A stretch of DNA of 63,211 nucleotides, filler included, from Reclinomonas americana ATCC 50394 (GCA_048213135.1; 56 parts of 56 records of this genome joined end to end with filler, not necessarily neighbours in it), one strand, 5' to 3'. Positions 12,924-25,108 are shown, counted from the first letter of the whole stretch. Numbers and translations: made by a program. The notes: a model not told the origin generated them from the sequence alone.

Positions 12924-13343
12924 ATGCAGCGATCTCCGCTTGTGACGCTCGCCCGTCATCACACGCGTGCTCTCAAGAAACCCACCTCGTCCTCGTCCTC
13001 GTCCTCCTCGTCATCCTCGCCCACAGTGGACAAGGAGAACTCTCCAGTGGTGCCTGTCAAGACGAAACCGCAGCTGAGCAGTCTTGTCATCGACAGCGAC
13101 GATGTCATTGTGTTCAACACCTCCAAGCGACGCCGACGAAAACAGGAGCGCACAGGAGGAGAACAGGAGGATATGCACACTCCAACGCAGAAGAAGCGCA
13201 GTGCCGCGTGGCTCTCTGCGACTGCGACGACTCCTCCGCCGACTATGTCGTTGGCAGGCGCGACTGATGTGTCGCCTGTGTTGGTGTTTGATGCCTGTGA
13301 TGGTGGCGATGATGATGATGATGCGCCGACGCCGGTGGGAAAG
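12924..13343 (+). CDS. First exon of a probable cell-cycle-regulated nuclear protein
   Basis: N-terminal RxxL, KEN box (DKENSP), basic NLS-like KRRRRK and several S/T-P sites; ends at AAG|GTGAGG. Confidence 0.45.
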
Positions 13344-13615
13344 GTGAGGAGAATGAGGGGAAAAGGGTAGGAGAATGGTAGTTTATGTGCACGTGGCGCT
13401 CTTGCGTGTCGTGCTGTGTTGAAGGGAGAGAGAGAGGCATAGTGGCTGCTCGACACGTGTGCTCATTGTGAGCCACATGAGCGTTCATTCTGTGTGACAC
13501 TCTCTCTCTCTCTCTNNNNNNNNNNNNNNNNNNNNNNNNNNNNNNNNNNNNNNNNNNNNTTAATTAATTAANNNNNNNNNNNNNNNNNNNNNNNNNNNNN
13601 NNNNNNNNNNNNNNN

Positions 13616-14638
13616 GAAGGGCGAGGCTCTGTTGCAGGGCAAGCAGGAGGCCATTGCGTTTGTGCTGCGCGCGGTGGATATCTGCGCGCGTGACAACAAG
13701 AGGTGACACTCTCTCATCTGCAGCCAATGTTTTGCGATGTAGCATCTCATTTGGTGTTACGTGGCAGGTACAACTTCCTGTTGTACAACGCCTCGGTGTT
13801 GTACTGGAGGATTGTGCGATCGTTGGTCCGCTGGGGACCTCCAGACACTTGGTGGCCTCGTTTGAGCGGGTGATCAAGGCGTTGCAGGACTCGGGATACA
13901 CGGAGCCCGAGTTCAAGCGCTGGCTCGTGCAGTGCCTCATGTATGTGAGTCTGTGTCACGAGGACGCCGGCAAGTTGGACGACGCCAACAGGTCGGCGGC
14001 TGCTGCCGTCGATCTCCTCAACAAGACCATGGCAGAGGTTAAGTGTCGGATTGCAATTGTCGGTCTTGTTTCGCAAACACGCGAACCCACGCGTTGTCTG
14101 TCTCCCCTCGTCTCCCTCTCGCTCTTGCAGGTTACGTCTGCTGCAGATCGTGGCAGTTTCGAGTCGCTGGCCAGGCAGCTGCGGCGTGTGCAGTTGCACC
14201 TGAACAGGAGCAATGCGGCGAACTTCACCAAGGTGCGAGGCGAACTGGCAGCCTCTCTCTTCTCGAAAGCGACTGCCGTCATTCTCGGTCTACGAACGTG
14301 CGTGTGTTCCTGTGTCGCCCGCATGTGCGCTGCGTGAAAACAACGACAAGGCTCACCACCCATCCCGCAACAGTGGCGTCATTGACGAGAAGAGCATCAC
14401 GGCCGAGGTGAACGACATGATCAATGTGCTCAGTGTGCCGATTGGCTCCGCTGCCGCCGCAGCTGCTGCAGCCGGTGCGAAGGTGCACCCAAGGCCCCGA
14501 AGGCGGCAGTGGTGCCGGCGCCGCCAGTGCGCCAGCAGAGGTGGACAATGAGGATTTGCGAATGGACCTGCTCTCCGAAGTCGGCTTTCTCTGCGCAATG
14601 CGCAAGGAGTACGCCTTTGCCGAGCAAATCACCAACAT
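13616..14638 (+). CDS. CFAP46: Cilia- and flagella-associated protein 46 (TTC40)-like, partial, 4 introns, one apparent frameshift
   Basis: Spliced RYNFLLYNASVLYWRIVR..G.SRHLV.SF..VIKAL matches my recollection of the CFAP46 N-terminal block (YFLVYNASVLYWQ). The frame slips near 13832. Confidence 0.75.
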
Positions 14639-15892
14639 GTGAGTGACNNNNNNNNNNNNNNNNNNNNNNNNNNNNNNNNNNNNNNNNNNNNTTAATTAAT
14701 TAANNNNNNNNNNNNNNNNNNNNNNNNNNNNNNNNNNNNNNNNNNNNGCCTGCTCCTCACCCGGTTCGTCGTGACGCTGCCGAGGCGACTGGTGTTGTGG
14801 TGGCGACGACGGAGCCTCGCCACCCACAGACCTCGGTGGCGACACGGTGGAGACGGTGGAGGAGCCGGGTGATCGATTTCCCCGGTTGCCGGTGGCCGGT
14901 GGAGACGTAGCAGCGGCGGCAGCAGCAGCAGCGGCGGCCGGTTCCCTCTTCTTGGTGCGTTCGGGAGGTGCGCGCGATGAGAGGAGGTGCGCGTGCTGCG
15001 AGGGCCGCGAGGGCGACGTGCTGGTCAGCGTCGTGATGGTCGTGACCGCCACTGGACGCCGCGGTCGTGCACCTTGCTGGGGACTCGACTGCTGTGGACT
15101 CGCCTACAAATGGGGAGGAAGATGGTGTGGGTTGGTAATGAAGAAGAAAAAAGCACACTCTCACATCGACGACAAACCGGTGAACCGCGTGGCAACACGG
15201 TACGAGGCGGTGTTCGTGGACTGGCCGCGCTTCCGGCTCCCGTTCGCATGCTGGGTGGTGTCTGCTGCAACGCTCCGTGAGGACGCTGACTGTCGGCCAC
15301 TCCCGCCGCTGTCGGCGACACACGCAAGCGGGCGGGCGACGTGAGCCGCTTGATCTCGGCAATGGAGGTCGGTGCGTCGCGCTCCGCCGTGTACACACGC
15401 TTGATGGTGGTCGGCACGGCCACGTGCGACGACGGACTCGATGCCGCTACGGGAGGCATGCGAGAAATGGGTGACTGTGCCTGCGGCGCTGGTCGCGGCG
15501 ACAGAACGCGAGGTGATCGTGGCGAGTCCAGTGGTGAAACGGCTGTGCGGGGGGGAAAACAATGAGCGAAAGGAGGACGAAATAGGAGAGAGGAAAGAGA
15601 ACGAGAGAGAGAGAGAGAGAGAGCGAGCGACAGTCGAACGGAGGAGCGAATGTGACATTCGCTTCGTATTTCCTTCCCTCCTCACCGGCTGCTGTTTGCG
15701 CCGGAAGTGGAAGGCGACGCGGCGACGCGGCATACGAACCCGACGCCGCAGCCGTCGCAGGACCCGACGCAAACGAAGCGTCNNNNNNNNNNNNNNNNNN
15801 NNNNNNNNNNNNNNNNNNNNNNNNNNTTAATTAATTAANNNNNNNNNNNNNNNNNNNNNNNNNNNNNNNNNNNNNNNNNNNNGACACGCGCA

Positions 15893-16716
15893 ATGAGCAT
15901 GTGGGCACCATCGGCAGCTGCAATGCGGGTGTCGCGGTGGCGGAGTGTGTTGTGGGGCACACACGCGCAGCAACGCGATGTGCGCATGAACGCGAATGAT
16001 ATTCGCATCGGGCACATTCTGGAGCACGCCGGTCGCCTGTGTGTGGTCACCAAGTTCAACCATCAGAAGACGGGGCGCGGGTCGGCACACATGCAAGTGG
16101 AGATGAAGGATCTGGAGAAGGGCACAAAGATAACGGAGCGCTTCCGCCCCGCGGAGACTGTGGAAAGTTGCAACGCGCGCGCGTCTCCCCCTGCATGCAT
16201 GTAAGCGTGTGTGTGTGTTTGTGTGCACGGTCGCTCACGATTGTTTTTTCGCAGGAGTGCAACTGGAGGAGACCAAACTGACGTTCCTGTACGAAGACGA
16301 GAACTCGCACTCGCTGGTGTTTGCCGACGATGCATACGACCAAGTATTTGTGCCAGCAGACCTTGCCGGTGACGCGAAACCCTTCCTGCAGAGTGGCATG
16401 GCAGTGCAAGTGGCATTCCACGGCCAGGAGCCAGTGTCTCTGTCGCTCCCCGACACAGTCATCTGTGCGGTGGTCGAGACGCCGCAGATGAGCAAGAACG
16501 ACACCGTGACACCCACAAACAAACCGGCGGTGCTCGACAACGGAGTGAAGATCATGGTGCCGCCCTTTGTCAACGCTGGCGATCGCGTCATTGTTCGAGG
16601 TGCGAAAGCGCTGTGCGTCCGTCCCCGTCTCAACGCTCATATTCTGCTAACTGCTGTGTGCACGTGTGATCTCTGCTGCAGTGGCCGACATGACGTACAT
16701 GTCGAGAGAAAAGTAA
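15893..16716 (+). CDS. efp: Nuclear-encoded organellar (probably mitochondrial) elongation factor P, complete, 2 introns
   Basis: NANDIRIGHILE, HQKTGRGSA loop, K...RFR..E.VE, TFLY, KPAVLDNGVKIMVPPFVNAGD. Arg/Ser-rich leader. Introns 16167-16254 and 16600-16681; stop 16714-16716. Confidence 0.93.
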
Positions 16717-17264
16717 GAGGTCGGCAGCGACGCACTCATCGCAACGCAGTGAACACAATTTTTCTACGACGCGTTCACTTGTCTCACAACAGACAGTGCA
16801 CTCGACTACACAGCAGCAGCAGCAGCAGTTGTTGTGGGGATCATCGTGGAGCTCGACTCCGGCACCGACGACTCTGACGAACCCGAGCGAGCAAAGTTGC
16901 GTAGCACCGTCAGCACNNNNNNNNNNNNNNNNNNNNNNNNNNNNNNNNNNNNNNNNNNNNTTAATTAATTAANNNNNNNNNNNNNNNNNNNNNNNNNNNN
17001 NNNNNNNNNNNNNNNNTGTGAGCCACTTGCATTTTGAAGCATGTGCGTTGTTGAGTGAGTGTGTGTGCGCGTGTGCGTGTGCGTGTGTGTGCGTGTAGGG
17101 GCACACACGCGTACATGCACACAGACGTACCACTTTGTGCGACGCACTCGGAAGACGGAAGAGAAAGACAGAGAGATGACTCCCGCCATTTTGCACCACA
17201 TCACGAGAAACCCCCCTCGCGTTTTTTCTTACACAAATTTCTCCTTTGCATTTTTTACGTGCCA

Positions 17265-18049
17265 TTAACACTCGACATAGGCAGGCTTGCTGTTGGAGAC
17301 CGCGGAGGAGAGCGGTAATGTGGGACCAGGGTGGGTGGTGAGTGGCGTGGTGGGAATCGCCGGCACCGAAAGTGGCGGGAAGGAAGAGGGTGGTGCACGG
17401 CTGACGGGCGCGACAAACGTCGGCGAGAGCATGTGGGCGTGGACCGAGTAGTTGAGAGGCAGGTGCGGCACAATTTGCAGAGTCTGCTCCTCCGACATGT
17501 CGGCCACGGCAGTACGTGGAGGTTCGCGAAGTGGGACCGACGACAGGCTTCCACTGTGGCGTGTGTGTGTGTGTGTGTGAGACAGAGAGCGAGGAGGGGA
17601 GAGGACGGAGAGTGGATGCACACGCACCTGCGCAGTCTTGGTGTGTCGAAAATAACACTTGCCGGTGGGCTGAGGGCACGGCGGAGCTTCTGATATTTGT
17701 ACACGTTGAACAGGATGATGCCGAACAGGCAGACAGAAAAGCCGGCAATCTTGGTCGCATTCATCTCCTGCACATGCATGCACGCGTACGTGGGTGAGTG
17801 TCATCATGGTGGGGATGCACGGCGTGGGTGGCAAGGAAGACGCACCTCGTCGTCAAACAAAAAGAGTGAAAAGCCCACAGTCAGCACCTCCTTGGTGAGA
17901 CCGGCGACACCCAGTGTCATGAACGACGTCTGTGCGATCAGCAGGTACTCGCTGAAATTGAGGGCGAACGCCAGCGCACAGCCGGCGAGAATCTTCAATG
18001 AGATCTGCGCGGCGACAAGGCGAGTCAGTAAAACGAACAACAGCCAGCT
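17265..18049 (-). CDS. SLC35/TPT family nucleotide-sugar transporter (SLC35C2-like), 3' part
   Basis: LAFALNFSEYLLIAQTS..TLGVAG..KEVLT..FS..LFD, then IAGFSVCLFGIILFN.YK; GTGCGT introns. Confidence 0.82.
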
Positions 18050-18149
18050 NNNNNNNNNNNNNNNNNNNNNNNNNNNNNNNNNNNNNNNNNNNNTTAATTA
18101 ATTAANNNNNNNNNNNNNNNNNNNNNNNNNNNNNNNNNNNNNNNNNNNN

Positions 18150-18755
18150 ATCGGGGGGCAACTTTGCGCGCCGTTTGACACCAAAGTAGAGGATCCTGCG
18201 CTAGTAGAGGCGCGAGAGAAGCTCGAGAGCGCCTCTGCCATCAATGATGGTGAAACCGATCCCGAGGTCGCCAAGCAGGCTCGGGACCAGGTGCAGCAGG
18301 CGAAGATCCTTCTCGCCTCTGCCAAGAAGGCGAATTTTCGTGTCATCCGCCGGATGGAGCTCGACCATGTTGTCGAATTCTTCCAAGCGCTCCGTCCGAT
18401 GGCAAAGCCAGCGGAGATAACGTCGTTCGAAGCGCTGCAGGCCGCCACGGAGAGGTTGATCGGAACGCCCGGACTTGCCTTCGATGCAAGCCTTCAGGAG
18501 TTGCGAGGCAAGGTTGGCGTCGTCCTTCGTCGGCAAGACTGGTTCACCGTCGACCGCTTCAAATATCTGGCCTCAACGCCGCACCTGTTCACCGACGCGA
18601 AGGCGTTCGAACGGCTCGTCGCTGAGGGCGAGCGCGCGATCCAGGGTGGTGATATTGAAGCGTTGCGAGCGGCCGTGAGCAATCTGGAAGTGACCCGGAT
18701 CATCTCCGCGGATGCAGACGACCTCATTGCCAAGACCAACATCGTCAAGGCCTGA
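18150..18755 (+). CDS. Bacterial helical C-terminal region, possibly of an atypical Hsp70-family protein
   Basis: Intronless, bacterial codon style, all-helical; ends ...GDIEALRAAV...TNIVKA one base before the next ATG. The family call is recollection only. Confidence 0.45.
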   Translation: MGGQLCAPFDTKVEDPALVEAREKLESASAINDGETDPEVAKQARDQVQQAKILLASAKKANFRVIRRMELDHVVEFFQALRPMAKPAEITSFEALQAATERLIGTPGLAFDASLQELRGKVGVVLRRQDWFTVDRFKYLASTPHLFTDAKAFERLVAEGERAIQGGDIEALRAAVSNLEVTRIISADADDLIAKTNIVKA

Positions 18756-18756
18756 C

Positions 18757-19182
18757 ATGGCAGTGGACCCTTGGCTTCCTGTCGGTTTTGAGGTCGAGCG
18801 CGGGGTGAAGGCCGGCCGGGTCCTGCATTCGGGATCCGATTGGCAGATAATTGATGTGCAAGGTCAAGGTCGCGCTTTGCTGATGCGAAGCCAGGTGGAA
18901 CTGCGCTGGCGCGAGGAAGGCCTGCTTGAGGAGGGTGAGGCCCGCCTGATCGATTTCGGCGACGTTCGCTTGGGCGTGATTTTCAGCGAGGCGAAGTTCA
19001 CGCTCGCGCCGCTGAAGAATTGCAATTCGCCTCGCGATCGATTGGAGGCGCTCTCTTTCGCAGTCTCCTTGAAGCAATCGCGCGCCCGTCTACGGCAGGG
19101 CTCTTTCGAAGAGGCAATCTACGTCGAAAAGCTCTCCCGTCTCCTCCCGACGGGGGATGCAATGTCAGATGACGAGCTCGTC
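18757..19182 (+). CDS. Bacterial protein N-terminus, possibly of an AAA ATPase co-encoded with the Hsp70-like gene
   Basis: MAVDPWLPVGF...WQI...AIYVEKLSRLLPT; tightly coupled to the upstream stop (TGA-C-ATG). No Walker motif within the contig. Confidence 0.4.
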
Positions 19183-19282
19183 NNNNNNNNNNNNNNNNNN
19201 NNNNNNNNNNNNNNNNNNNNNNNNNNTTAATTAATTAANNNNNNNNNNNNNNNNNNNNNNNNNNNNNNNNNNNNNNNNNNNN

Positions 19283-20315
19283 CAGGATTCTCGAGCGAGC
19301 CGAAGTCAAATCGCTGCTGTCGTATCTGCAGCTTCTCATCGAACCGAGAGACACTGAGGCCTTTGAGCGGGCGGTACGTGTGACGCGGGTGTTGGGTAGT
19401 GTGTGGTTTTCTTCTCTCCTCGGCTGCATGTCTCTTCCGCTGCTTGACTCCACGATCGTACTGTTTTGGTTCTCGGACTCCTCGCATCGCACAACCTTGA
19501 ATGTCAGCATCTCGATGCCGCATTGTGTGAGCATTGTCCACTCTGTGGCGTTTCTGACATGTTTGCACGCAGTCCAATCTGCCTTGTTCCCCCGTGTTTG
19601 CATCTTTTTTCCTCGCGCGCCTCTTATCTATCAGTGCCTCAGTCTCCCTTCATTCTTCTCCGTTTCGCTCCTCCCATTTCTCACTTCTTACCACTGGCGT
19701 CTTGCCGTGCACAGGTGTCGGAGCCATCGCGCGGCGTCGGCAAGCAATCCGTGACAACAATTGTTCAGTTCGCCAACCAGCAGAGGGTGGACCTTTTGTC
19801 CGCTTGCCGTACGATCTTGATCACGAGTCTACTCGGTCCGCAAGCGGCGGCCGGTGTGCATGAATTCCTCGCTCTCATGGATGATTTGGTACGTTTCATT
19901 GGTCTGCTTGTTGTTTTTCTTCGATGGCTAATTCCCCCCACAATTAGCGCCAAGCTATGGAACGATTGACGCTGGAGGAGTTGCTGGCGTACGTGATTGC
20001 CAAGTCGGGGCTCGAAGACTATTACAAGCAGAAGCGCAGGGAGGGGTTTGAGGCGAAATGGGCGCATCTTACCGTTTTCATGAGTGCCATGGTTGATTCG
20101 CAAAACATGGCGGACTTCGCGCTGCCGGAGGACGTCAAGGAGGCGGCAGGAGGACCCACGAAGCTGCCAGCCAAGTACACGCTGGCTCCCACGTTACAGT
20201 ATTTCTTGCTCTCGGCAGTGGAGATCGACGTCGGCAATGACGAGGAAGACGAGTCGGATCAGCAGCAGCCCAAGGTTACCGTCATGACGTACCACAAGGC
20301 CAAGGGTGTGTGTGT
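19283..20315 (+). CDS. UvrD/PcrA/Srs2-type SF1A helicase, partial, intron-containing
   Basis: ERAEVKSLLSYLQL..P.D..AF.R|..P.RGVG, SGLEDYY and VTVMTYHKAKG (motif V). Introns 19374-19714 and 19889-19947 (GTACGT donors). Confidence 0.87.
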
Positions 20316-20606
20316 NNNNNNNNNNNNNNNNNNNNNNNNNNNNNNNNNNNNNNNNNNNNTTAATTAATTAANNNNNNNNNNNNNNNNNNNNNNNNNNNNN
20401 NNNNNNNNNNNNNNNCTTCTCTTCCCCCTTCTCTTCCTGTTTATCGCCCCTCTTATCGTCCCCCTCCGTCTTCCCTCTCTTCCCCCTTCTCTTCCCCCTT
20501 CCCCTCCCCCTGCCTTCTCTCTCCCTTTATCCCTCCTTTCCCCCTCCCTCCTCCCACATTTACCCCCTCTCTTCCCCCTTATCCCCCTTCCCCTTCCCCT
20601 CCTACA

Positions 20607-21339
20607 GATCACGAACAGTCTTTTCCTCAACAACACGGCATCAGCGAATGCAAATGGTGGGAACAACAACAAAGGATCTGGAAATGCCGTTGGCTCACAA
20701 GTCGGTGGAGGAGTGATTTGGTCGTACTATGCAGGAGCTGGTATAGCCACGCAGACAGTGAATGCGGGTTGTGATGACATGTTGAGCGTCGCTTGATGCC
20801 TAAAAAAGGTGCTTACCTTTGGCAGATCAGTGGATCATCTTTCGTGTTCAACCAAGCTGATCAAAACTCAAACGGAGGCACGCGGAACTCCGTTTCTTCC
20901 GACTCGTCAATTTCTGCCTCCACCGCCGGTGGCGGCGCCTTATTGATCTCTGCTTCAAGTCAGGTCTGTGTGTTGTCTCGAGAATGCCTCATTGTTATCG
21001 GTGCAAGATTGTTGATTGAAAACTCTCATAGTTCACCCAGTCCATCATCAACTGCACATTCACGGCGAATACTGCAAGCAACAATGGAAATGGTGGTTCT
21101 GTGAGCAGTGAGTAACATGAATGACACTTGGTGTGTGTGCGTGTAGTGCATGTTGTACTTATGTTCCGGGTTAAGATGCGTGTATGAGAGTGAATGTGTG
21201 TGTGAGGTTGATTGCACGTACGGTTGACCTGGTTGATGTGTGGGTTTTGCTTGCAGATTACCGCGCGAGTGCGGATAGCGACAGTTCCACCAATGGTGGT
21301 GGTGTCATGTTGATCAGCACCAATAGCTATACATTACAG
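20607..21339 (+). CDS. Polymorphic-membrane-protein-like beta-helix repeat protein fragment with short exons
   Basis: Repeated FxxN / GGG(A/V) motifs (ITNSLFLNNTA, VGGGVIW, SFVFNQA, AGGGALLI, NGGGVMLI) separated by GT-AG introns. Confidence 0.55.
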
Positions 21340-21549
21340 GTGTGTTCTCTCTCTCTCTCTTTCTTTCTCTCCCTTCCCTATTGTTGGTTACATGTTTGCA
21401 CAAGAGTTGAGAGATTGTTTGTCTTCGTTTCACGCTCACTTTGTGTGCANNNNNNNNNNNNNNNNNNNNNNNNNNNNNNNNNNNNNNNNNNNNTTAATTA
21501 ATTAANNNNNNNNNNNNNNNNNNNNNNNNNNNNNNNNNNNNNNNNNNNN

Positions 21550-22493
21550 GAGTGGCAGTGGCAGTGGCAGTGGAGCTGCGGCGAGTGGTGAGGCTGTCGA
21601 CGATGCGTCGCGACCCAAACTGTACGACTTGAGCAATGCCGACGACTTGCGCAAGCTGCGTCTGCTGCTGGCGCAGGTGTATGTTCGCGAGGGCGATTGT
21701 TTGGTGCTCGGCAGTTGCGTGAACGGCTGCGACTTGAACTCCAGTGACGCGCATGTGCTGAGTACTGCTGCTGCAGATAATGAGGTGGCCGCCGTCGAGG
21801 AGTACAAGCGTGGTCTGGCCATTCGCGAACAATTGCTGCCGCCCAGCAGCCGATTGCTGGCCGAGTCGTTGCGTCCCTCGCTGTCAAGAAAGAGAAACCA
21901 CACACCGATGCACTGTACACCCACACGCACGCCACGCATCACACAGACACTACCAGATCGCTCTGGCTCTCGCCACCGCCAAGCGCAGTGCCGCAGCCGC
22001 CGAGCACTTTACCTCCGCTCAGGGCATTCTCAGTGCACGGCTTGCCGAGCTGAAAGGTTCGCGCACATCCTCTTGTCTTTGCCGACCTCTGATGTTCACC
22101 GACCGGACGTGCACAGCCATGGAGGCACCGGAGGCCGACGACACGGCCGAGATAGAGGATCTGGAGGCGGTGATTGTGGACCTGCGGGAGACCATTGCGT
22201 CGACACAGTCGGCCATTGCCATTGAAGAGCAGCTGCGGCGTCAGCGCGAGGCCGAGGCCGCCGAGAAGGCGCGTCGCGAGGCCGAATCTGCACGGTTGCC
22301 CGTCATCCAGCTCGGCACGTTTGCCAGCAAGAAGCGTCGCACAGGCGCCACTGGCGACAGTGCTGTCGTCACGGCAGCAGCGACCGGCGACGATGCAGGA
22401 GAGGCCGCAGCGGGCGATAGCAGCGCAGCCGGCTCGTCCAAGAAGAGGACGCACGCCGAGTCTGCAGATACGGACGCTCCCGACGAGAAATAA
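21550..22493 (+). CDS. NASP: NASP/Sim3/Hif1-like histone chaperone (SHNi-TPR), 3' part, 3 introns
   Basis: Spliced LAQVYVREGDCLVLGNNEVAAVEEYKRGLAIREQLLPPSSRLLAESHYQIALAL, EIEDLEAVIVDLRE and a basic C-terminal NLS. Introns 21714-21776, 21868-21946 and about 22057-22116. Confidence 0.82.
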
Positions 22494-23304
22494 AAGCCCT
22501 GGAAACAAGTCGATTGGTTCCGCTGCTTTTCAGACGCCGTGTTTTTTCTCTGCTTTTATCGTGGTGTGACCAAGCGATCATNNNNNNNNNNNNNNNNNNN
22601 NNNNNNNNNNNNNNNNNNNNNNNNNTTAATTAATTAANNNNNNNNNNNNNNNNNNNNNNNNNNNNNNNNNNNNNNNNNNNNGAGAGGGAGAGGGAAAGAA
22701 AGAGGAAGAGGAAGAGAGAGGGAAAAGAGGGAGAGGGTGAGGGAGAGGGATGAAACAGAGAGCAAAAGCAAGTGCGAAGCACCTCTCTTCTTCTGCACTC
22801 CTCACCAAAGTAAAGACATGCAATGCAGAGACAGAACACAGTGCGGAGTGCTGTTGCCTTTGACTCAAATCCCCCTTCTTCTCCCTCCCAGAAAGGTAAC
22901 TTGCACGGCGTGCAAGGGCAGAGACAGAGACAAAGCCAGGGAGAGGGAGTGAGAGAGAAACGGGGAGATGCAATGGAAAGAGAGCAAGAGAGCGAGCGAC
23001 AACTCCCGAGGTTAAGTGCCTTCTCTTTCCTGTCATCTCTCTCTTCCTCTTCGCTGCACCACCCTTGCAGACAAGAAACTATTATGACGCAAGAGAAGAG
23101 AAGAGCAGAGGAGAGAGAGAGAAGAGAGAGAGAAAGTCCAATGCAAGTCCACACTACATCACCCTTGCAGATAAGGAACTTGCAAGGCATACAAGAGACA
23201 ACATCTAGCATTCAGCAGACAATCATGCAATGCAAAATAAATTGCAGTCAAAGCGCCCTTCCCCTCTCCCTTGTTCCCTCTCCTTTCCCCCTTCTCTACT
23301 CACC

Positions 23305-23506
23305 CGCACAGCAATTCGCCAGCCCACCCGCCGCAAACTCCACACGCTGCCACACAACCTCCTCCACCTCCTCCTCTTCCACCTCACGCCACTCACTCAG
23401 CGCATCCACAAACAACTGCACCACATGCAGCGCCCGCAAATGCCCATAGTTAATGGGATCATACGCAAAGTTGGCGAGGTTGGCCAAGATGCGCATGCGC
23501 ACATCT
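23305..23506 (-). CDS. ARMC7: Armadillo repeat-containing protein 7 exon
   Basis: [28 protein letters not shown]...VEFA.GGL.N; exon bounded by CAG and GTGAGT. Confidence 0.88.
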
Positions 23507-23678
23507 GCACAAACAAACACAAACACAAACAAACATCAGCACACTCTTCTCTCTCCCTTGCGCTGTGTGTGCGTATGTGCGTATGTGCACGCGCGTGTGT
23601 GAGTGAGCGAGTGAGAGAGAAGAGAGAAAGTGCAAGCTGCCACAGATCGTTTTTCACTCTTCTCTTCTTCTTCTTCTT

Positions 23679-23713
<35 letters not shown>

Positions 23714-23813
23714 NNNNNNNNNNNNNNNNNNNNNNNNNNNNNNNNNNNNNNNNNNNNTTAATTAATTAANNNNNNNNNNNNNNNNNNNNNNNNNNNNNNN
23801 NNNNNNNNNNNNN

Positions 23814-24720
23814 CCGCGTCGCAGCTGACCCGGCGTCTGCAACACGCTGTTGAGCAGCTCGCGCAGACTCGTCTGCTGCGAGTCCTCCTCCGCTTGACCA
23901 TCTGGCACATCAAGCACACACACACACACACACACAAAAAAAGTCAGATATGCACAACGCAAGCAGGTTGCAGTCCGTGGCGACTGACCGGTGAAGACAA
24001 TTGATTTGAGTTCCTGCGAGTTTGATGTGAGCAAGGGAAGGACGCGGCGCGTGAAACAGGAGAGGAGCGCTCACCTCCAGCGACGAGCAGGGGCGACCGA
24101 GAATGCTCTCCATGTCGAGGCGAACCTCCTGAGCCTCGGCCCAGGCGTGCTCAATGGAGACCGAGCCGTCTGTGTGAGAGAGAAAGAGAGAGAGGATAAT
24201 GTAAGCGTTGACTCCAAAAACAAAAAACGTCAAGAAGGCGACACAAACCGAGACGAATGTTGACATCGGCTTTCGGGATGAGTCGCACAATGTCCTCGGT
24301 TAACGGCGGGTTCGTGTATCCCTCCCAGTAGGGATTCGAACTGCACACACGCACGACGAGCGGTCAGGGTGGCAACAAGGGCAAGAGCATCTCACAAGGC
24401 TGGCCAACTCACGGATTCATGTCAAACACGTCTTCCACCCAAAATCTCTCGTAGCTGTGGCTCAGCGCGTGCACGATCCGGCTGGTGTTGTATCCGGCCT
24501 GTGACGGTCACCGGAGGGTAAATGACAAAGTGTCTTCAATATGTTCATGAGGGAAAAGAACGTACCTCGCGCAGGAGAGTAAACACCTCCAACATTGCGT
24601 CGGCGCGAAGACGCTTCTTCAGATGCGATTCGAGGAACGCCGCACTGAAGCCGTGATCGATCATGCGCACCATTTCCTCGAGGTTGAATCCGAAGTTGCG
24701 CTGAAGGAGGTCGTACTCGG
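23814..24720 (-). CDS. Tandem-domain adenosine deaminase-like protein, internal fragment, 5 introns
   Basis: End of one ADA barrel (EYDLLQRNFGFNLEEMVRMIDHGFSAAFL...KKRL), a linker, then the start of a second (IPKADVNIRLDGSVS ... VLQTPGQLRR). Confidence 0.75.
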
Positions 24721-25108
24721 CTGCAGAAGCAAAGGAGAAGGGGTGAGGGAATCGGAGGGGGGGGAGGAAGGCAAAGGGGGAAGCGAAAGGGGAAAGGGAA
24801 GGGGAAGCGAAAGGGGAAAGTGGAAAGGGGAAAGTGGAAAGGGGNNNNNNNNNNNNNNNNNNNNNNNNNNNNNNNNNNNNNNNNNNNNTTAATTAATTAA
24901 NNNNNNNNNNNNNNNNNNNNNNNNNNNNNNNNNNNNNNNNNNNNCATTGGCTCTCCGTCGCTCGGTACCACGGCTTCAGGCACGTGTCTTGTAGCCCCCG
25001 CCGGCGTGTACCACTTGTGTGGACGGTCTGTCGACGTTGTTGCATGAGCTGTCTCTCGATAAATGCCTGCACTCACCCCTCCTCGGCCTTGTTCTAAACT
25101 ACTCACAG

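Noticed and set aside
13825..13840. Programmed frameshifting, RNA editing or pseudogenes (also near 28810, 39694 and 57318)
   Set aside because: Isolated indels occur in eukaryotic, bacterial and virus-like contigs alike with otherwise intact frames; low-coverage consensus error is simpler. Raw reads would settle it.
16201..16206. GTAAGC as the EF-P intron 1 donor
   Set aside because: Wrong phase for the 16254 acceptor, and it would insert non-EF-P residues.
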